Source: the human T2T-CHM13v2.0 reference genome, Homo sapiens
Length of the DNA: 64,000 nucleotides
Assembly (NCBI RefSeq): GCF_009914755.1
Contig: NC_060933.1
Reading direction: 5' to 3' (one strand)
The notes beneath the pieces were generated by a model. The model was not told where the DNA came from and made no database searches. It worked only from the letters and a program-made list of their open reading frames with translations. Positions 16,196 through 30,870 of this stretch are shown here, in pieces. Position 1 is the stretch's first letter; every line of letters starts with the position of its first letter. The position numbers and the translations under genes were made by a program.

Positions 16196-16605
16196 TGCTA
16201 TGGTTTGAATGTTTGTCCTGCTAAACCTCAGGTTGAAATTTGATCCCAATGTTGGAGGTGGAATCTTATGGGAGATGTTTGGGTCCTGGGGGAGGATAAC
16301 TCATGTCCTTCCTTGGAACTGAGTGAGTTCTCACCCAATTAATTCCAGTGATAGCTGACTGTTAAAAACAGCCTGGAAATTCATCCATTTCTCTCTTGCT
16401 TCCTCTCTCACCAAGTGACCTCTGCACAGGCTGGCTCCCTTTCACCTTCCACCATGAGTGGAAGGAAAATGAGGCCCTCAACAGAAATAGGGGCCCAATT
16501 TTTAACTTTTGGAGACATCAGAATTGTGAGCCAAAGAAACTTTTAAATTTATAAATCACCCAGCTTCAGGTATTTCTTTTTAGCAACACCAAATGTACTA
16601 TGCCA
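16196..16605 (+). mobile_element. MST (B/C/D-like) MaLR solo LTR
   Basis: tgctatggtttgaatgtttgtcc...gttgaaatttgatccc...agaattgtgagccaaa...tttagcaacaccaaatgtacta. Confidence 0.88.
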
Positions 16606-17224
16606 ACTATCATACATCAACGAAAGATTTTTTTTTCCTAGCTTTCTTTCCAAAGATTTGGAATTTAAATTTTTTTACATTTTGAAGTAGTCTGTGTATG
16701 TATTTCCCCAAAAAAAGTGAAATCAACTAATCATAAGTGCATATATATACATATATATGTACAGATGCCTACGGTAATTTCAACAAATGTTTATAGAAAA
16801 ACCATAAAAGAGGCATAATTTATTAAGAACTAATAATAAAAAAGTAACCCCATAGTAAATTAAACTCTATGCTTAATGTTAAAGTTAGTCTACTTTCTTT
16901 TGTTTCAGGAATTGGACATTGTTACAGCTTTTCTCAAATACAGAAATCCTTAATGGTAATCAGTAAAATTAGTAAAAATGAATGCTTGAAATTACTTGAG
17001 AAAATAGCTAGCTTGAGATTGTCTATTATTAAATACATTTCTTAAAATAACCCATTAGTAGTGAGGATTAGACTCATTTGCTAAGTTAGTGATGAAAAAT
17101 GATTCTTCTTTATTTGACAATAAAGCCTTAGGTATTGCCCTTTGGGTTAAGAGAGATAAGAACTACTCAATGGAAGAAGCTGGATCAATCCAAAAATTAT
17201 CAGGATGCTGTGCCTGCAATAGTA

Positions 17225-17412
17225 CTGCTACTTACTAGCTCTCTTAAATCTGATAAGGTCACTTAGCCTCACCAAAATTTCAGTCTCTTCCCTTGAAAAA
17301 CTAATATACTACTATTATTTATTGTCAGAAAGAAAATATGAGGATTAGAAGTCATGTTAAGAAAAAGCATCTGGCTTACCCATGGTTCTTAATGAATGAT
17401 AGCTCTTATTAT
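17225..17412 (+). mobile_element. MIR
   Basis: cttactagct...gtcacttagcctc...cagtctcttcccttgaaaaa...tgaggattag. Confidence 0.6.
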
Positions 17413-19024
17413 TTGAGTCTCATCCTATCAACAAGCAAATCAATTATTTATCTAAATTTAAAAACATAAGAAAAATGGAATATACATAATATAACATTAA
17501 ATATGGTTACCTTAAGATATAATGATTAAGAATACCAAATACTTTTCTGCAGTAACTATCTGAACAGAAAGTGATGGCCTAAGATTTTTTATGTGTTAAC
17601 TTTGAATGTAATGGAAAACCTTGCAATCCCTTAACATACAGATCATAGGTTCATTAGCAAACTAATGTTACCCTGTGGTACAGATTGTTATATTTAAATA
17701 TTAAAGTATGTTGAAATATTCTTTCCATTTGATTTAATTTCTAATTTTCAAAAATCTTTCTTTAAAGCAAATCATTAAATTAGTCAAAGTATGTGGAATA
17801 GTATGACCATATATAGCCTTGACGTATGAGGTTGTCATAAGTAATGTTATACTCAACACAGTAACACAACTTTGTCTGGAATTAGAAAGAAAAAGAGAAC
17901 AAAACTAAAATTAAAATAAATCTCCACATGGATACAATAAGACATAAAGGAAGGTTATTCTTAATAGCATTTTCCAACATCTTTTTGTACTTTTGGCTGC
18001 AAAGTAGAGTAACAATAGACATAAAACTAAACTGCAAATGGCTTGTTATTGTTCCTTTGAAATGCAATGTATTGTGAACAATATTTGTTTGGGATATTTT
18101 CATTTATTTGGTGGAAAATGGTCATAAAAGCAAAGGTTTTTTTTCTTTGAGGAGCATAAATTGTTACATTACTTTAAATACTTCTTACTCAATATAGCAC
18201 AATGCTTTGTATTAACCTTTTAATATTACATGTAAATCCAGTATTTTATTTGAACATCATTTATTTGTACAAGTAACTATTTTTATATAAATTTTTTTTC
18301 AACTCAAGGTTTTTAATGTGTTTTTTTTTCCCTATTCCAAATTTGGTAGACGTCTAAATCATCTTTTAGGAATGTAAAAAGCTAGGCATTTTAAAAACAG
18401 AAAATTCTAGGCAGTTTACCTTTCAACAATCTAAACCAAATCACTCAGATTATCCATAAAATTGTCCAGAACCAATACAAGGAAAAAAGCAACATTTTGA
18501 CCTATGTATCAGAAATCAAATCAATTATCAGACCTGTAAGTAAACCAAAAGAGGATCCATGCAGGCAGAGATAAATCCTAAATCTCAGGGTACTTTGACA
18601 GTCACATAGTAAAAGTGATTGGAAAAGGTTATCTTGAACAAAGGTTCTTTTCAAGCACATAAATCATACAAATAATTATCTCTCTGAGGTGACAGGGGCC
18701 TAGGAAGTGAACTACTTTAGGAGTAGCCTCCAGAGATCCTCAACCATGTTTATGAGCCGCACAGTCATCTCTATAAAAGACAAGCTCCAGTTGAGTAAAC
18801 CATGTTAAGTACTACATTCCAAAGAAGAAAAACTGTGAATAGAAAAGTTAACATAATGCACCATTGATATGGAATAAACACTTAATGTCTAGTTTTTTTA
18901 TCAATAAAGTGAGTGGGATCAGTTTTTCTTATTTATTCACTGAAGCACATTCTTATAAAAGACAAACAGCAAGCACAGCATATTTATTGCATGGTAGCTC
19001 TCTTATACAGTGTTGTTGATGTTT

Positions 19025-19745
19025 GTTTCATTTTTTTGCTCATCCATGTAACCTACACATGTTACAACCAGCATGCTAGGTACATGGGATATAATAAGAT
19101 TGAGTCCCTTCACAAATCTTATACATTAAAAAAGAATTGAGAAAAATAAATGGAAATGAAAGTTGCTTCACATTGTGATTAATATTCTAGAGGGGTAGTA
19201 TACTTGGTTTCATCGTGGAGTGCTTCCTGCATTTAAACTCAGTCCAAGGATGAGTAGGAAATTGCCAGGAAAGGTGAGTAAGGAGCCAATGTTGAAAGAG
19301 AAGAATATAAATGTGGAAGTTCAGGGAAGAGAATGATAAATTGAAGATGCCTAATAAATCCAGAGTGGCACAGATGAAGAGGACAAGGGCAGGTAGAAGA
19401 GGTAGAAAACCAAGGGGCTATAACAAATGGCATTGTATGCTAGAATAATGAGTTTGTGCTTCAGAACAAAGGAAAGTTGTTAAAATGTTGTAAAAAAAAA
19501 AAAAAAGACTGACACTATGAAAGTTGCATATTGGAAAGAACACACTGGTGGCAGTATAGAAAACAAATGGAAAGATAGGCGGGACAGGAAGACCAGAGGA
19601 AAAACAGATGAATTAGGAGGCTTTCTTGTATTTGTGGTGAACTATGATAGGGGCTCAAATCAGGCTGCTGTCAACGGGAATGAAATTATGTGAATGAATT
19701 GGAGATATAGTTTAAAGGGTAGAATTAGCAGGACTTAATAATTAA
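19025..19745 (-). mobile_element. L2 LINE fragment
   Basis: Purine-rich antisense L2 3' region: catgctaggtacatgggat...gactgacactatgaaagttgcatattggaaagaacacactggtggcag...gtagaattagcaggactt. Confidence 0.7.
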
Positions 19746-20717
19746 TTGTTAACTCTTTTTGAATTGGGGTATGTTCTTTTGACCATTATTCTTTCTTCTC
19801 TTAGCTCTGCCTATGTTCTGGAGGGGTCATATTTAAATACTGACTCATCTGTAAATTTCAAGTCAGTAGTTCTCTTTATTGCACATTTTCAAAGTGGTTG
19901 TTATCTACTATCCACTTCCTTTTATAATTAAAAAAAGATTATCTACATCAAATATAAGGTACCAGAAATAGCCAATTGCAAACCAAAATGGGAGCAGTCC
20001 AGAGATAGGTGGCTAGTAAGAGCTAAACTAGAGGAGCACTTTCTAGTTGTTAATTTTTTCCTTCTTCCACTTAGTGAATCATTACTTGCACTGCTTTCCT
20101 TGTACTTCTCTTATTTACCCTCTAGACTGCATTAGTGAGCAATTATAGTAAGGACTGGTTGTCCACCAGAATGACTGGAATGGAGAGACTGTAAGTTTCT
20201 AAGTTGTAAAAGATATTTACTTCCCTTGGAATGGGATTGGGGCACAAGGAAGGATTGTGCCAATGGAAAGCTAGAGTTTTCCCTAAGTTTCCATACTCAC
20301 TTAGAGGTATAAAATCTAGGGCCCGGGATATTGTTTCTTTCCACCTTCCCTACCAACATGTCACTGGACCAGACAGTTGATATTGTTAAGGAAATAAAAG
20401 ATGGAATCACATGAAAAAAACACAAAGCTTCTGAGGGATATGAGCACTTCAATTAATTTGTTTTAAAAGAAGAGAGGAGCCAAATTAGAGGAGCCAAAAT
20501 TTGTAGGAAAGGATAAAAATATTTGAACGCCTTCCAGGTGATAAAAGAGAAAACTGGATATGAAAAATATAATTGAGGAAATACGGATTTCAACAGATGA
20601 ACAGTATAGCAAAATGTACGTAGAAAAAGAACAAACTATTAAGTTGGAAGATCAAATTGCTGGCCTCCTACACAATGAAATTTAAAAAGAAATAATAAGT
20701 GAAGAGTTCAGATACAT

Positions 20718-20925
20718 CAGGATTTCTCAGAATTGGTACTATTGATATTCTAGGCCATATAATATTGTGTTGTGAGGGGCTTTCCTGTGCATTATAGGAT
20801 GTTTAGCAACATCCTGGTCTTACTCACTAGATGTGAGGAGTACCCCCAAGTTGGGACAACCAAAGATGTTTTCAGACATTTACAAATGCACACTGGGGGA
20901 TAAAATGTCCCGGTTGAAACTACAA
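20718..20925 (-). mobile_element. MER20 hAT-Charlie DNA transposon
   Basis: cctgtgcattataggatgtttagcaacatcc...cactagatg...gacaaccaaagatgttttcagacatt...cggttgaaac is the reverse complement of MER20. Confidence 0.88.
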
Positions 20926-21654
20926 TATATAGATAAGTAAAAATGTATTTCTATGAGTCACAAAAAAGTAATAAATACAGGTGAGGAAATACAGGAATGG
21001 GGAACAATACTTTTCTAGAATTAAAAAATAAATGAAATATGATAAAATAGTTCATGAACAATCAAATAAGAGAGATTAAAAATAATATCTAAGTATGCTA
21101 TAGATAAAATGCTAAATATTAAACCAAAATTTTAATGGTCATAATTTTCAAAAAGCAAAAGTAGGTCACCTAAAATATAGAATGAGTTAGACATCATTCA
21201 TATCAACAGCAGTGGATGCAGCAAGACACTAAAGTAACATTTAAATATTGAAGAAAAAGAACTTTGAGCCAGGAATGCTTTTTTCAGCTTAAAAGAAAAC
21301 AATTAAATTTGAGCTGAAAGCAGATGTATCTGGTATAAAAAGTTATAGAAAGCACAAATATCAAAAGTCTTTTTGAATAACTCTTAGAAGATATTGCCAA
21401 CATAGAAAGCAGTCAATCTAGAAAACTTCAGTAAGATATGGAAACAAGGTGAATAAAGAAGTTAGTAAATTTACTTTTGTCTAAATGAACAATAGTAATG
21501 ATAAAATATAGTCCTAAATGTCCAGAATAATAATTTCAAGTTTTACTAATATAGTATTTATATATTGCTTGGAAATAAGAGTATTTTGAGGAAAAGGGGT
21601 CAGACAGGGAAGTAAGTGCATATTAAAATTGTTACTTTGGGATATGATAACTTA

Positions 21655-21850
21655 CATTTATTATAGGTTTATTGCATGCAATGCAATTTTCAAGATGTGT
21701 TACCTATATTCACCCATTCAATCCTCACTAAAACACAATAAGGTAAATAACCATTATTATTATTTAATTTAAAATGAAGTACTGAAGCGGAGACTAACTT
21801 GCCCAGGGTTAGTATTCAACCTAGCCAGTCTGGCTAAACAGCCTACCCTC
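21655..21850 (-). mobile_element. MIR
   Basis: cattcaatcctcac...atgaagtactgaagc...taacttgcccagggt...attcaacctagccagtctggct. Confidence 0.65.
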
Positions 21851-23520
21851 TTCAGCAGTAAGCCTACAGTTGACTAGAAGATGATACTATTATTTAGGTT
21901 TAGACAATAACTGCAAAACTAAGCATACTATTTTATTTAGCTAGCAAAATTAAATTTGATAATCTAGAATATTTCATTGAAAGGAAGTCTTAAAAAGGGA
22001 AAATATGTCATAAATAAAAAGTTGAAATAAGATATGACAACATATGATAGCAATTAGAATAAATATTAGTAGGCTAATCAGAAGATAGAGACTTACAATT
22101 TTTAACTTATTAAAACAGAATCACAGGTTAACCTTACATCATCTATAATACACACATACAGTTCCAAAAGATATACAATATTTGAAAATTTAAAACATAT
22201 GTTTAAAAAATATCAGAAAATATTTCAATCAAATTATATATAGGATAGACATTTTATTTCACATAAAGGGAAATTCAAGGCAACAGGAAGACCTAAAGCA
22301 CAAAGATGTTTCTTATACACTGGTAAAAGAAACAATATGTCCACAGGATAAAAGCCAAAGTTCTAAAAGTAAAAACAGCCCACATGATCTGCAACTTCCT
22401 CCCTTTCATCACTGACCTCCTTTCCTACTACTCTTCCCCTTGTTCAGTTGGGTTGAGACACACCAGCTCAAATAAATGTGAAAACTTAAATAAAATATTA
22501 TATTTCTGGTGGATCATTTCACTGATGAACACTAACAAACTTCTCAAGAGAGTCCATCTAAATTTCCAGAAATTTTTAAGATGAAAATTGCCTATTTTAA
22601 ATTAATGATAGTAATTTAACTTTGATACCAAAACCAGATAAAGTACAAAAAAAAAAAAAAAAAACTCATGGGCTAATTTACTTTATGAACTATACTTAAA
22701 AATACTAAAAAAATAGATTAGCTTACCAAATCAACAGTATATTATTAAAATGTCATCATAATGATGTATGATTTATCCCAGAAATGCAAAGGTGACTCAA
22801 CCTTTGATTATTTATAAATGTAAATATTTACATGTATCAGTCAAAGGATAGAAATCACATGATCATCTCATTTATGCAGGAGAAAAATGATTTTATGAAG
22901 TTAAAAATATTAATGATGGAAAAGAAAATCAGAAAATTGGATTAGAATTAAATTTCCATAACCCTATAAAAATACCCTAAAAATCCAAGTAAATATCATA
23001 TTCAATGAATAAACTTTAGAATTTATTAAGATTAAGAATAGCATCAGGATTGTCTTCTACCACTCCTACTGTGTAGCACAGAACTGAAGTTCCTAGGTAA
23101 TGCTGTAAGTCAAGAAAAACAAATGCATCATATAGGCTTGAAATTAAGAGATAAAATAACAAATATTTGTTAATGAATGATTATGATTTTTATATAGACA
23201 ATTCAGGATAGTCATCTAATCTTTAGAGCTAAAAATAGGAGTTTGTTTACCATAATATAATTTTATATGAGCAATTTTCAACCAGAAAATGTAAGATATC
23301 ATTTGCAATAAAAAGAGAAACTACAACAAAGCTTTTTAAAAATTCTAACATAATAAAGGCTACGACTAGCGTATATGGAATTTCAAAACTCTATCAGAAG
23401 ACATAAAACTACTCCCCAAATTTAGAGAAATTCTGTGTTCACAGTTGAAGTGACTTGACATTGTGGATATCTGTTTTTCTAAATTCATTTATCTCTTAGT
23501 GCAATTCACTTCTAAACCTG

Positions 23521-23586
23521 TTTTAAGAGACTTCACCAACACTAACTTTTTTTTTAAGAGACTTCACAAACACTAACTTTTTTTTT
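23521..23586. repeat. ~31-bp tandem duplication
   Basis: ttttaagagacttcac(c/a)aacactaactttt occurs twice, head to tail. Confidence 0.9.
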
Positions 23587-24015
23587 CAGTTAAAGATCAT
23601 CAGTTGGTAAAACAATTTTGAGATATAAGAGCAAAAATAGAGAACTGATTCTGTCAGATACTAAGGTATATTATAAAACATAGTAATTAAGATATCATTG
23701 TACTTCTGCAGTTACTATCAAATGGAGTAGCATAAGTGATGGCCTAAAAACATAATCTATGGCAAGGTGAACTGTTAGTAAATGGTGTTTGAAAATTTTC
23801 TCATTACATGGAGGAAAAAAAAAACTGACCTCATGCCATATATGAAAATTAACTTCAAATGGATAAAATACTAAAATGGGAAAGAAAAATCTACATTGAC
23901 AACAAAAAAAATAGTATAAGATACTATGTTTGGAACTCTGAGACAGAAAAGCTTTCTTAAATATGACTATGTATCATAAATACTAAAAAAAAAAAAAAAA
24001 AAAAAAAAAAGGAAT

Positions 24016-24354
<339 letters not shown>

Positions 24355-24929
24355 TCAAAATGATAGATTTTTAACCAAAGTGCATCACAGACAAAAATAA
24401 ATGTATGGATAAAAGCATCAGAGAATATACTTGGAATGTCTAAATTATAGGGAATTAATGACTCTTCCACATTCTCTGGAAAATAGGGGAGATCAAATTG
24501 AAAAATATGATAAGTATAACAATCATAATAACAACAACAGATGCAGAGCTCTTACTATTTATCAGTAATATCTCTAAGTGTTTAACATCTATTTACTTAT
24601 TTAATATTATTAATACAAAAATTCACAGAGGGGGAAACCAAAATGACAAGTAAGTATTTTGAAGATATATTCTAACATACTAGGAAATAAATAAATGGAC
24701 AGTAAAACACTTGATTTCACTTTATAAACAGTAGTTTGGCAAAAAATGTAAAGGAAGAAAATATTAAGTTATAAATAGAGAGGCAGTTGGGACTCATGTA
24801 CTTCAAGTGGGTGTATAAATTAGTGCAATCATCCTAGAAATAATCTGGCAATACTTTATGACAGTATGCATGTATGTATATCACCCAACAATTCCATTCC
24901 TACAGGCTCTTATGCACTAAAATATGAAG

Positions 24930-25195
24930 ACAGCAGTTAAATGACACCATGTACTTGATCAGAAACAGGCTCTCAACCAAATTACTTGGCTCATTTAATG
25001 TATTTTTCTATATATTGGCTTCTAATCTTGGCTAAGTTATTTAATCTCTTGCTGTCTACATTTTAAAAAGGTAAGTGGGGATAATAATGATTTTAATAAG
25101 AATAAGAATAATGCTATTTTCTTGTTAGAGTTGTTATGGATTTTAACTACGACAACTTCTTAGATCAGATCCTAGCACATAGTAAAGTGTTCAAT
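24930..25195 (+). mobile_element. MIR
   Basis: cttggctaagttatttaatctc...gtggggataataat...ttgttatggatttta...cctagcacatagtaaagtgttcaat. Confidence 0.7.
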
Positions 25196-26108
25196 TTTTT
25201 AAAGGAAGTGTTTGCCATTTTTTTAAAGAAACAATACACATTTTATCATCCATGAATGGAGAGGAGATATACTAAATATATTAGAATGGGTACCTCAGAA
25301 AAACAGAGGACTATGATTGGGAACAAGGCAGGAGAAAAGAAGACAATAATAATAAGAGTTGTATTGCATGGATGGATGATGACTGTTTCATGAACTAGGA
25401 TTATGATCAATTTATATTTATAATCCTTTGCGCAAAGGAAGTGCTTAAGGAATGTATATCTCTGAAGGACTACAGTGTTGAGTAACTGCAGAGACTGTTA
25501 ATGTTTTTTAAATGTGTTCATGTAACTATTGTTTAAGATCAAATAACTAGATCAGCATGAGGAATTATTTAAAAGAGACAGAGAGAATATGAGAAGAAGA
25601 AATGCTGTTGCAGGTGTTTGATTTATTTAATTTCTTTCTTTTTTTTCACCTTTTCTCAAGGACTTGGATCTAGACAGCATCTAAGGCTGGAATTTAAAAA
25701 GTAAAGGAAAAGAGGAGAGATGAAAAATGAAAAAGTAAGTGAAGGGGACAAAGAGAGGACACAAGAAACAATTGTAAAGTTACTTTTTTCAGATAAAATA
25801 AAACGTCAAAGAAAAAGCTCCAAGAAAATCAAAGCCTTTTTAGTGATGAATAAACTAGTAGGCAAACAATGAAATGCCAATGCATATTAAAAAGTAAAGA
25901 CAGAACCACAAAGGAGAGATAACTATTATAATTGTGTTCTGATTGAATGCTCATAAGGAAATAGAATCATTTTCCCCTCACATACAATAATGTTGAGAAT
26001 CTTCAAGCATTTTAAATTCATACATTAAAATTTTAACACATCTGGTCACATGCACGTATACATCTCTTAGATCTAAAGGTATTTTTCCACTATTTAAGGA
26101 AAGAATCA

Positions 26109-26493
<385 letters not shown>

Positions 26494-26514
26494 AATTTTA
26501 GAATTCAATAACCT

Positions 26515-26620
26515 AGACACTAAAACTCTGAGACAAGAATTAGGGTACATGGATCTGTGAATCCCCAGCCCTAGCACAATGCATAGAATATAGTATGTGT
26601 TTGGTAAACGTTTGTTATAC
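26515..26620 (+). mobile_element. L2 3' end fragment
   Basis: ctgtgaatccccagccctagcacaatgcatagaatatagtatgtgttt...gtttgtt. Confidence 0.6.
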
Positions 26621-27477
26621 TTTGATAGCAATTCGTTATTTAAATAAAGGTTTTGGTGAATAGTGGAATTATGCCCACCTCTTTCCCTGGTAAGAACCAT
26701 CATACTCTTAGTTCCTTCCCCCAGTTTCTTTGCTGCTTTCACCTCTCTTCTTCTGGTTTATAAAATAATTAATATGTGGGGGCAGAATAAGCAATATCTC
26801 TTGAGTCAGTCAAAGTGATAAATGCGAGGTTTCCTGAGGATCAAATAAGAGAAGGCATGTAAAACCCTTGGTGTCCTGTTTGACATAGAGAAAACTCTGT
26901 AATTGGCAGTGAGTTTTTTTATTCCTTTTTACACATCACACCTGAAGGGCAGGAAGACTTAAAGCACATGTAATAAAGGTCTATAACCACAGCAGTGTTT
27001 GTGAAAGTGAAAATCATTGCCACATTCATAACCTTTTGTGTAAAAAATCAGACACTCTATTTCCCAAGTCAAGGAGATTAATGCAGTATAAACAAACAAC
27101 ATCATGAAAGTGTAAAAATATATATTTAAAAAAAATCTACCAGCTCTTTTGTAACACTATTATCAGAACAGCATTAAAGATGATCTCACTGTTAATCTTT
27201 ACAGAATTTGAAACTCTTTTCTATATGAGGTCCCAGCTGTTTGTGAACTCTGATTTACTAAGATTTACTACATTTAATGAGAGTACAAAAGCGGGTTTTC
27301 AACTACCAGGATATATTTGAGGCCAAGAGAAGAAAATAAAAGCCACTGAGCATGTGAAGCAATAATTTCGATGATACTTTCCAATTTCGAATGATGCATA
27401 AACTTCCATTACAATGAGAAATTTGCTGTTTGCTTTGAGAAGTCTTGTCACTACTCTTGAAGAAAAGGGAGAAAGAA

Positions 27478-27705
27478 AATTAGCATTTATATCTTTCCTC
27501 CTTTGTGGTAAACTGTATTCTAGGCACTTCACATATATTAATTAACTCAGTTAATCCTCACATAATCCTTAGGGAATGGCTGTTATCTGCGTTTTACAAA
27601 CACCCCAGGGAGAATTGGTAACTTGTCTAATGTTATATGGCTAATATGTGCAAGACAACGGTTAGAACACAGGCTAATTTGACTCTAAGACCTGTGCTTT
27701 TTAAA
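27478..27705 (-). mobile_element. MIR
   Basis: ttctaggcacttcacatatatt...ttaatcctcac...gttttacaaa...gtaacttgtctaatgtt...tttgactctaagacc. Confidence 0.75.
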
Positions 27706-29814
27706 TGTCAGTTATCTTCTGTTTATATCTGTATTGCAGATTATAATTAATGTGTTAACATACATTCACTGTAGAACCAGCGGTTTTTTTTTTCCCTGTT
27801 GTTGTTACTTGTGGAATCTACATATGAGGGTTGTGACCTAACTTGTTTCCTGGGAAGCATCATAACATTCTATCATAATATGATGCAGGAGTAGATAATA
27901 AAACCTGCCATGTCTATTTCTTGTGGAGAGGGCAAGTGTTTAATAAAAAGCCTTCAGCATAAATAATGAGAGGTTCCAGAGTGATTTCTAGCAGAGCCTT
28001 TTGTTTGTCAACATTTGAACATTATTCTCCAAAATAATGGCTCAGGTTTGAGAGGTAGTATTGACAATTTCACTTGTATACCAGAACATGCACAGTGGTA
28101 GAAGATAATTATGCTAGAAATAAACAATATTTTTTTTTTTTATTGAGGGCAGTATGAAAGTAGAGGACTCATCCTCAACAAACTTTTGATACAATCCAGA
28201 CTATTGGATCAACGTTTTTGATTGGAACTTGGAAAAGTTAAATATAATTAAACTCAACCTGAGAGTCAATTATTCTCCCACAGTTGACCTATATGCAACG
28301 TAGCATCAATATTATCTGCATAATTTGTAAATTTAAATTTATATGATCAATCTTTTGCTTTTAATTTATTGTTGTATAGATTAAATATTTTGCAATCTTG
28401 TTTACTTGGGACCAATTTTCTCATTTGATTTCAGTTCTTAAATGACTAAAATATAAAGTAAGAAAAAAGCATTTTATCACATTAATGCAACACTTGCAAT
28501 TTGATTTAACAATATGATAGATGAAAGCATGAGGCTATTATAACACAATGCATTTATCATCTTTACGAATCCTCCCCTAAACAGAATTAACACTGAACCA
28601 TTTCCAGTGAGGTTTCTAAAATGACTAGCCTTGCCAAGATAGGTTTTTGGCTCATAAATAACATAGTAGAAAAAAATAAAATCACTGAATGCTATAAAAA
28701 TGCAGTATCGGGAATTACTAAAGTGTGAAACATTAAGTACACTACTCAAAATGGCATTCTCAAATGTATAAATTATTTATCTGTATGACAGAGCCTAGAC
28801 TACTGTCACAAGATACAGAAAACTGAGTTTTCAGATTATTTTAACATCTGGGGAAGACTACTGAAAAACAAAAAAAACTCTAAGATACTAGCATCCATAT
28901 TAAATAACTCCACAATTAGGAAACCTATTGACTTCATGTTGTTGATATATTTAGAAACCCCCATGATTAATGTTCTTGAGAGCAGTAACAGTCCTATTAC
29001 TCACTCATCATACCAGGAGAGAAAAGGAATTTTGCTTTAATATTTACAGAGCATAACAGGAGAGAAAAGGTATTTTGCTTTTTAAGAAATCAACATAAGA
29101 AAAATTCTAACATGTTTTATTCAATTTATACAACTTTCTTCTTGCTAATAATCCATAAATGCTCTTTTAAAAACTTCTTAATTTGATTGCCTGATTTTTT
29201 ATATCTTTCATGGTTAAAATGCTGTGTTTTTTTTAACCTTTCTGTCTCTTACAGCATGCAACACAGCATCGTGTGTGAAATAGGATGAATAGATGAATCA
29301 GCTCTCTCACCCTTTTTAAAACTAGAATATAGCACAGCATTTGACTTACATGCAGTTTACCAAAAACTGAGAGGTAGCCAATATCATCTACATTGCCTAG
29401 ATATATTTAGGATCCTGACTTTTATTATATTAGGAGCTTCCAAATTATCATCATTTAGGCATTTGCACAAAGACCTCTCAACAAAAATTTACTTTACAGT
29501 TTGCTGGAGTTTAGTGATTCTTTCTTTGGAATCCCAACTGGTCCCATCTATTTACTGAGAGCTTTGAACTTGGCCTTTCGAATTCCTTCCAGTTCTAACT
29601 TGCAGTGAGTATCTGTAAGGTTACTAACACCATATTTCTAAAATAAAGACAGTAGGTACATCGCTCTCCAATACTGAAACTTTTCTCCCTTCAGCCGTGA
29701 AGGAAAATCTGCCCTGGGGGGCGGAACCAGGTGCAACGGAGGTTTTCTGCTTTAGAAAGATGCTCCTCTGCTTTCATGGGTTATTCTGCCACATCTGTAG
29801 AAATAACTATTTGT

Positions 29815-30240
29815 AGCTGACCCCAGGACTTCATCACCTCTCACTAGAATTGTGGCAAAGGTCCCCCACCTGGTCTAACCTAGCTCTCCTATTCATACTT
29901 TACAATCTGGCTAGAATTATCTTTCCTAAATGTAGTTTGGAGTTTGGTCACTTTATTCCACTTGTCAAAAATTGGCAGTTTTCAGTTTTCTCTTTGTTTA
30001 TGGAATCCATATTAAATTATTTAGTTTGACATTGAGAAGTCTCTACAATTGAGGTCCAATGCATCTTTCTGGCAACACTTTAATACACCATTTCTTCTCA
30101 TGTTTTAATATCTCTGCTAACATTATTTAACATTATTTCGAAAACCCATGGTATTTCATGCTAAAGTCATTTCATTTATGCGGTTTGTCCCAATGAGTAA
30201 TGCTATTCACCCTTTTCCTGCCAATTCTACTTATTTTCAT
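29815..30240 (+). mobile_element. L2 LINE fragment
   Basis: catcacctctcactagaattgtggcaaaggtccccc...gctagaattatctttcctaaatg...tttagtttgacattgagaagtctctacaat. Confidence 0.65.
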
Positions 30241-30870
30241 TCATTTTATGGATATGCATTCAGTAAGTCAAATATCCTAGATGACATTGTAATTGATTAA
30301 TTGGAAATTAGTATTAAAGTATAACTCATGAAAGCATGGTAATGGCATGCCTTAATACTCTGTTTAATCTTAAATAATATATAAATTATTAGGAGTGAGA
30401 AATTACTTGTAAAGTAATCTGAATGAAAATTCCTTCATCAGTTTTTGAATTCCACTTGAATCCTTTATAGTTGTCTTTCCTAGACTTAATTTATAACATC
30501 TTAGAAACTTGTTAACTTTTTTTGACTTTCCAAATCAATCAACTTAGTCTTCTTGGAAATAACTAGCTTTTTCAATATTTTTTTTTCATTTTGTATAACA
30601 CTTAGATAAATAGTATCTTTTTTTTTTTTACAAATAAAACTATCATTCTCAACTCTAGGAATGGCAAGATATTTTGGAAAGCATGTATCTCAATAGGCAC
30701 TAGTAGAAGTCATGGGTGTGCATGAGCATTCACATGTCATTGGCACTGCATGGTAGGTTTTATTTAGAGAATGAAGACATAAGATTCACCAGAAGCAAAT
30801 AGGTTGATTAATTTGTATACTACAATGTACCAGGTACTGTGACTACAAAAGACACTATGAGTACAACAAT

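Noticed and set aside
18700-18810. ETS-like aggaagtg plus TATAAAAG (18772) as a promoter
   Set aside because: Isolated motifs in AT-rich DNA with no CpG island or downstream exon support.
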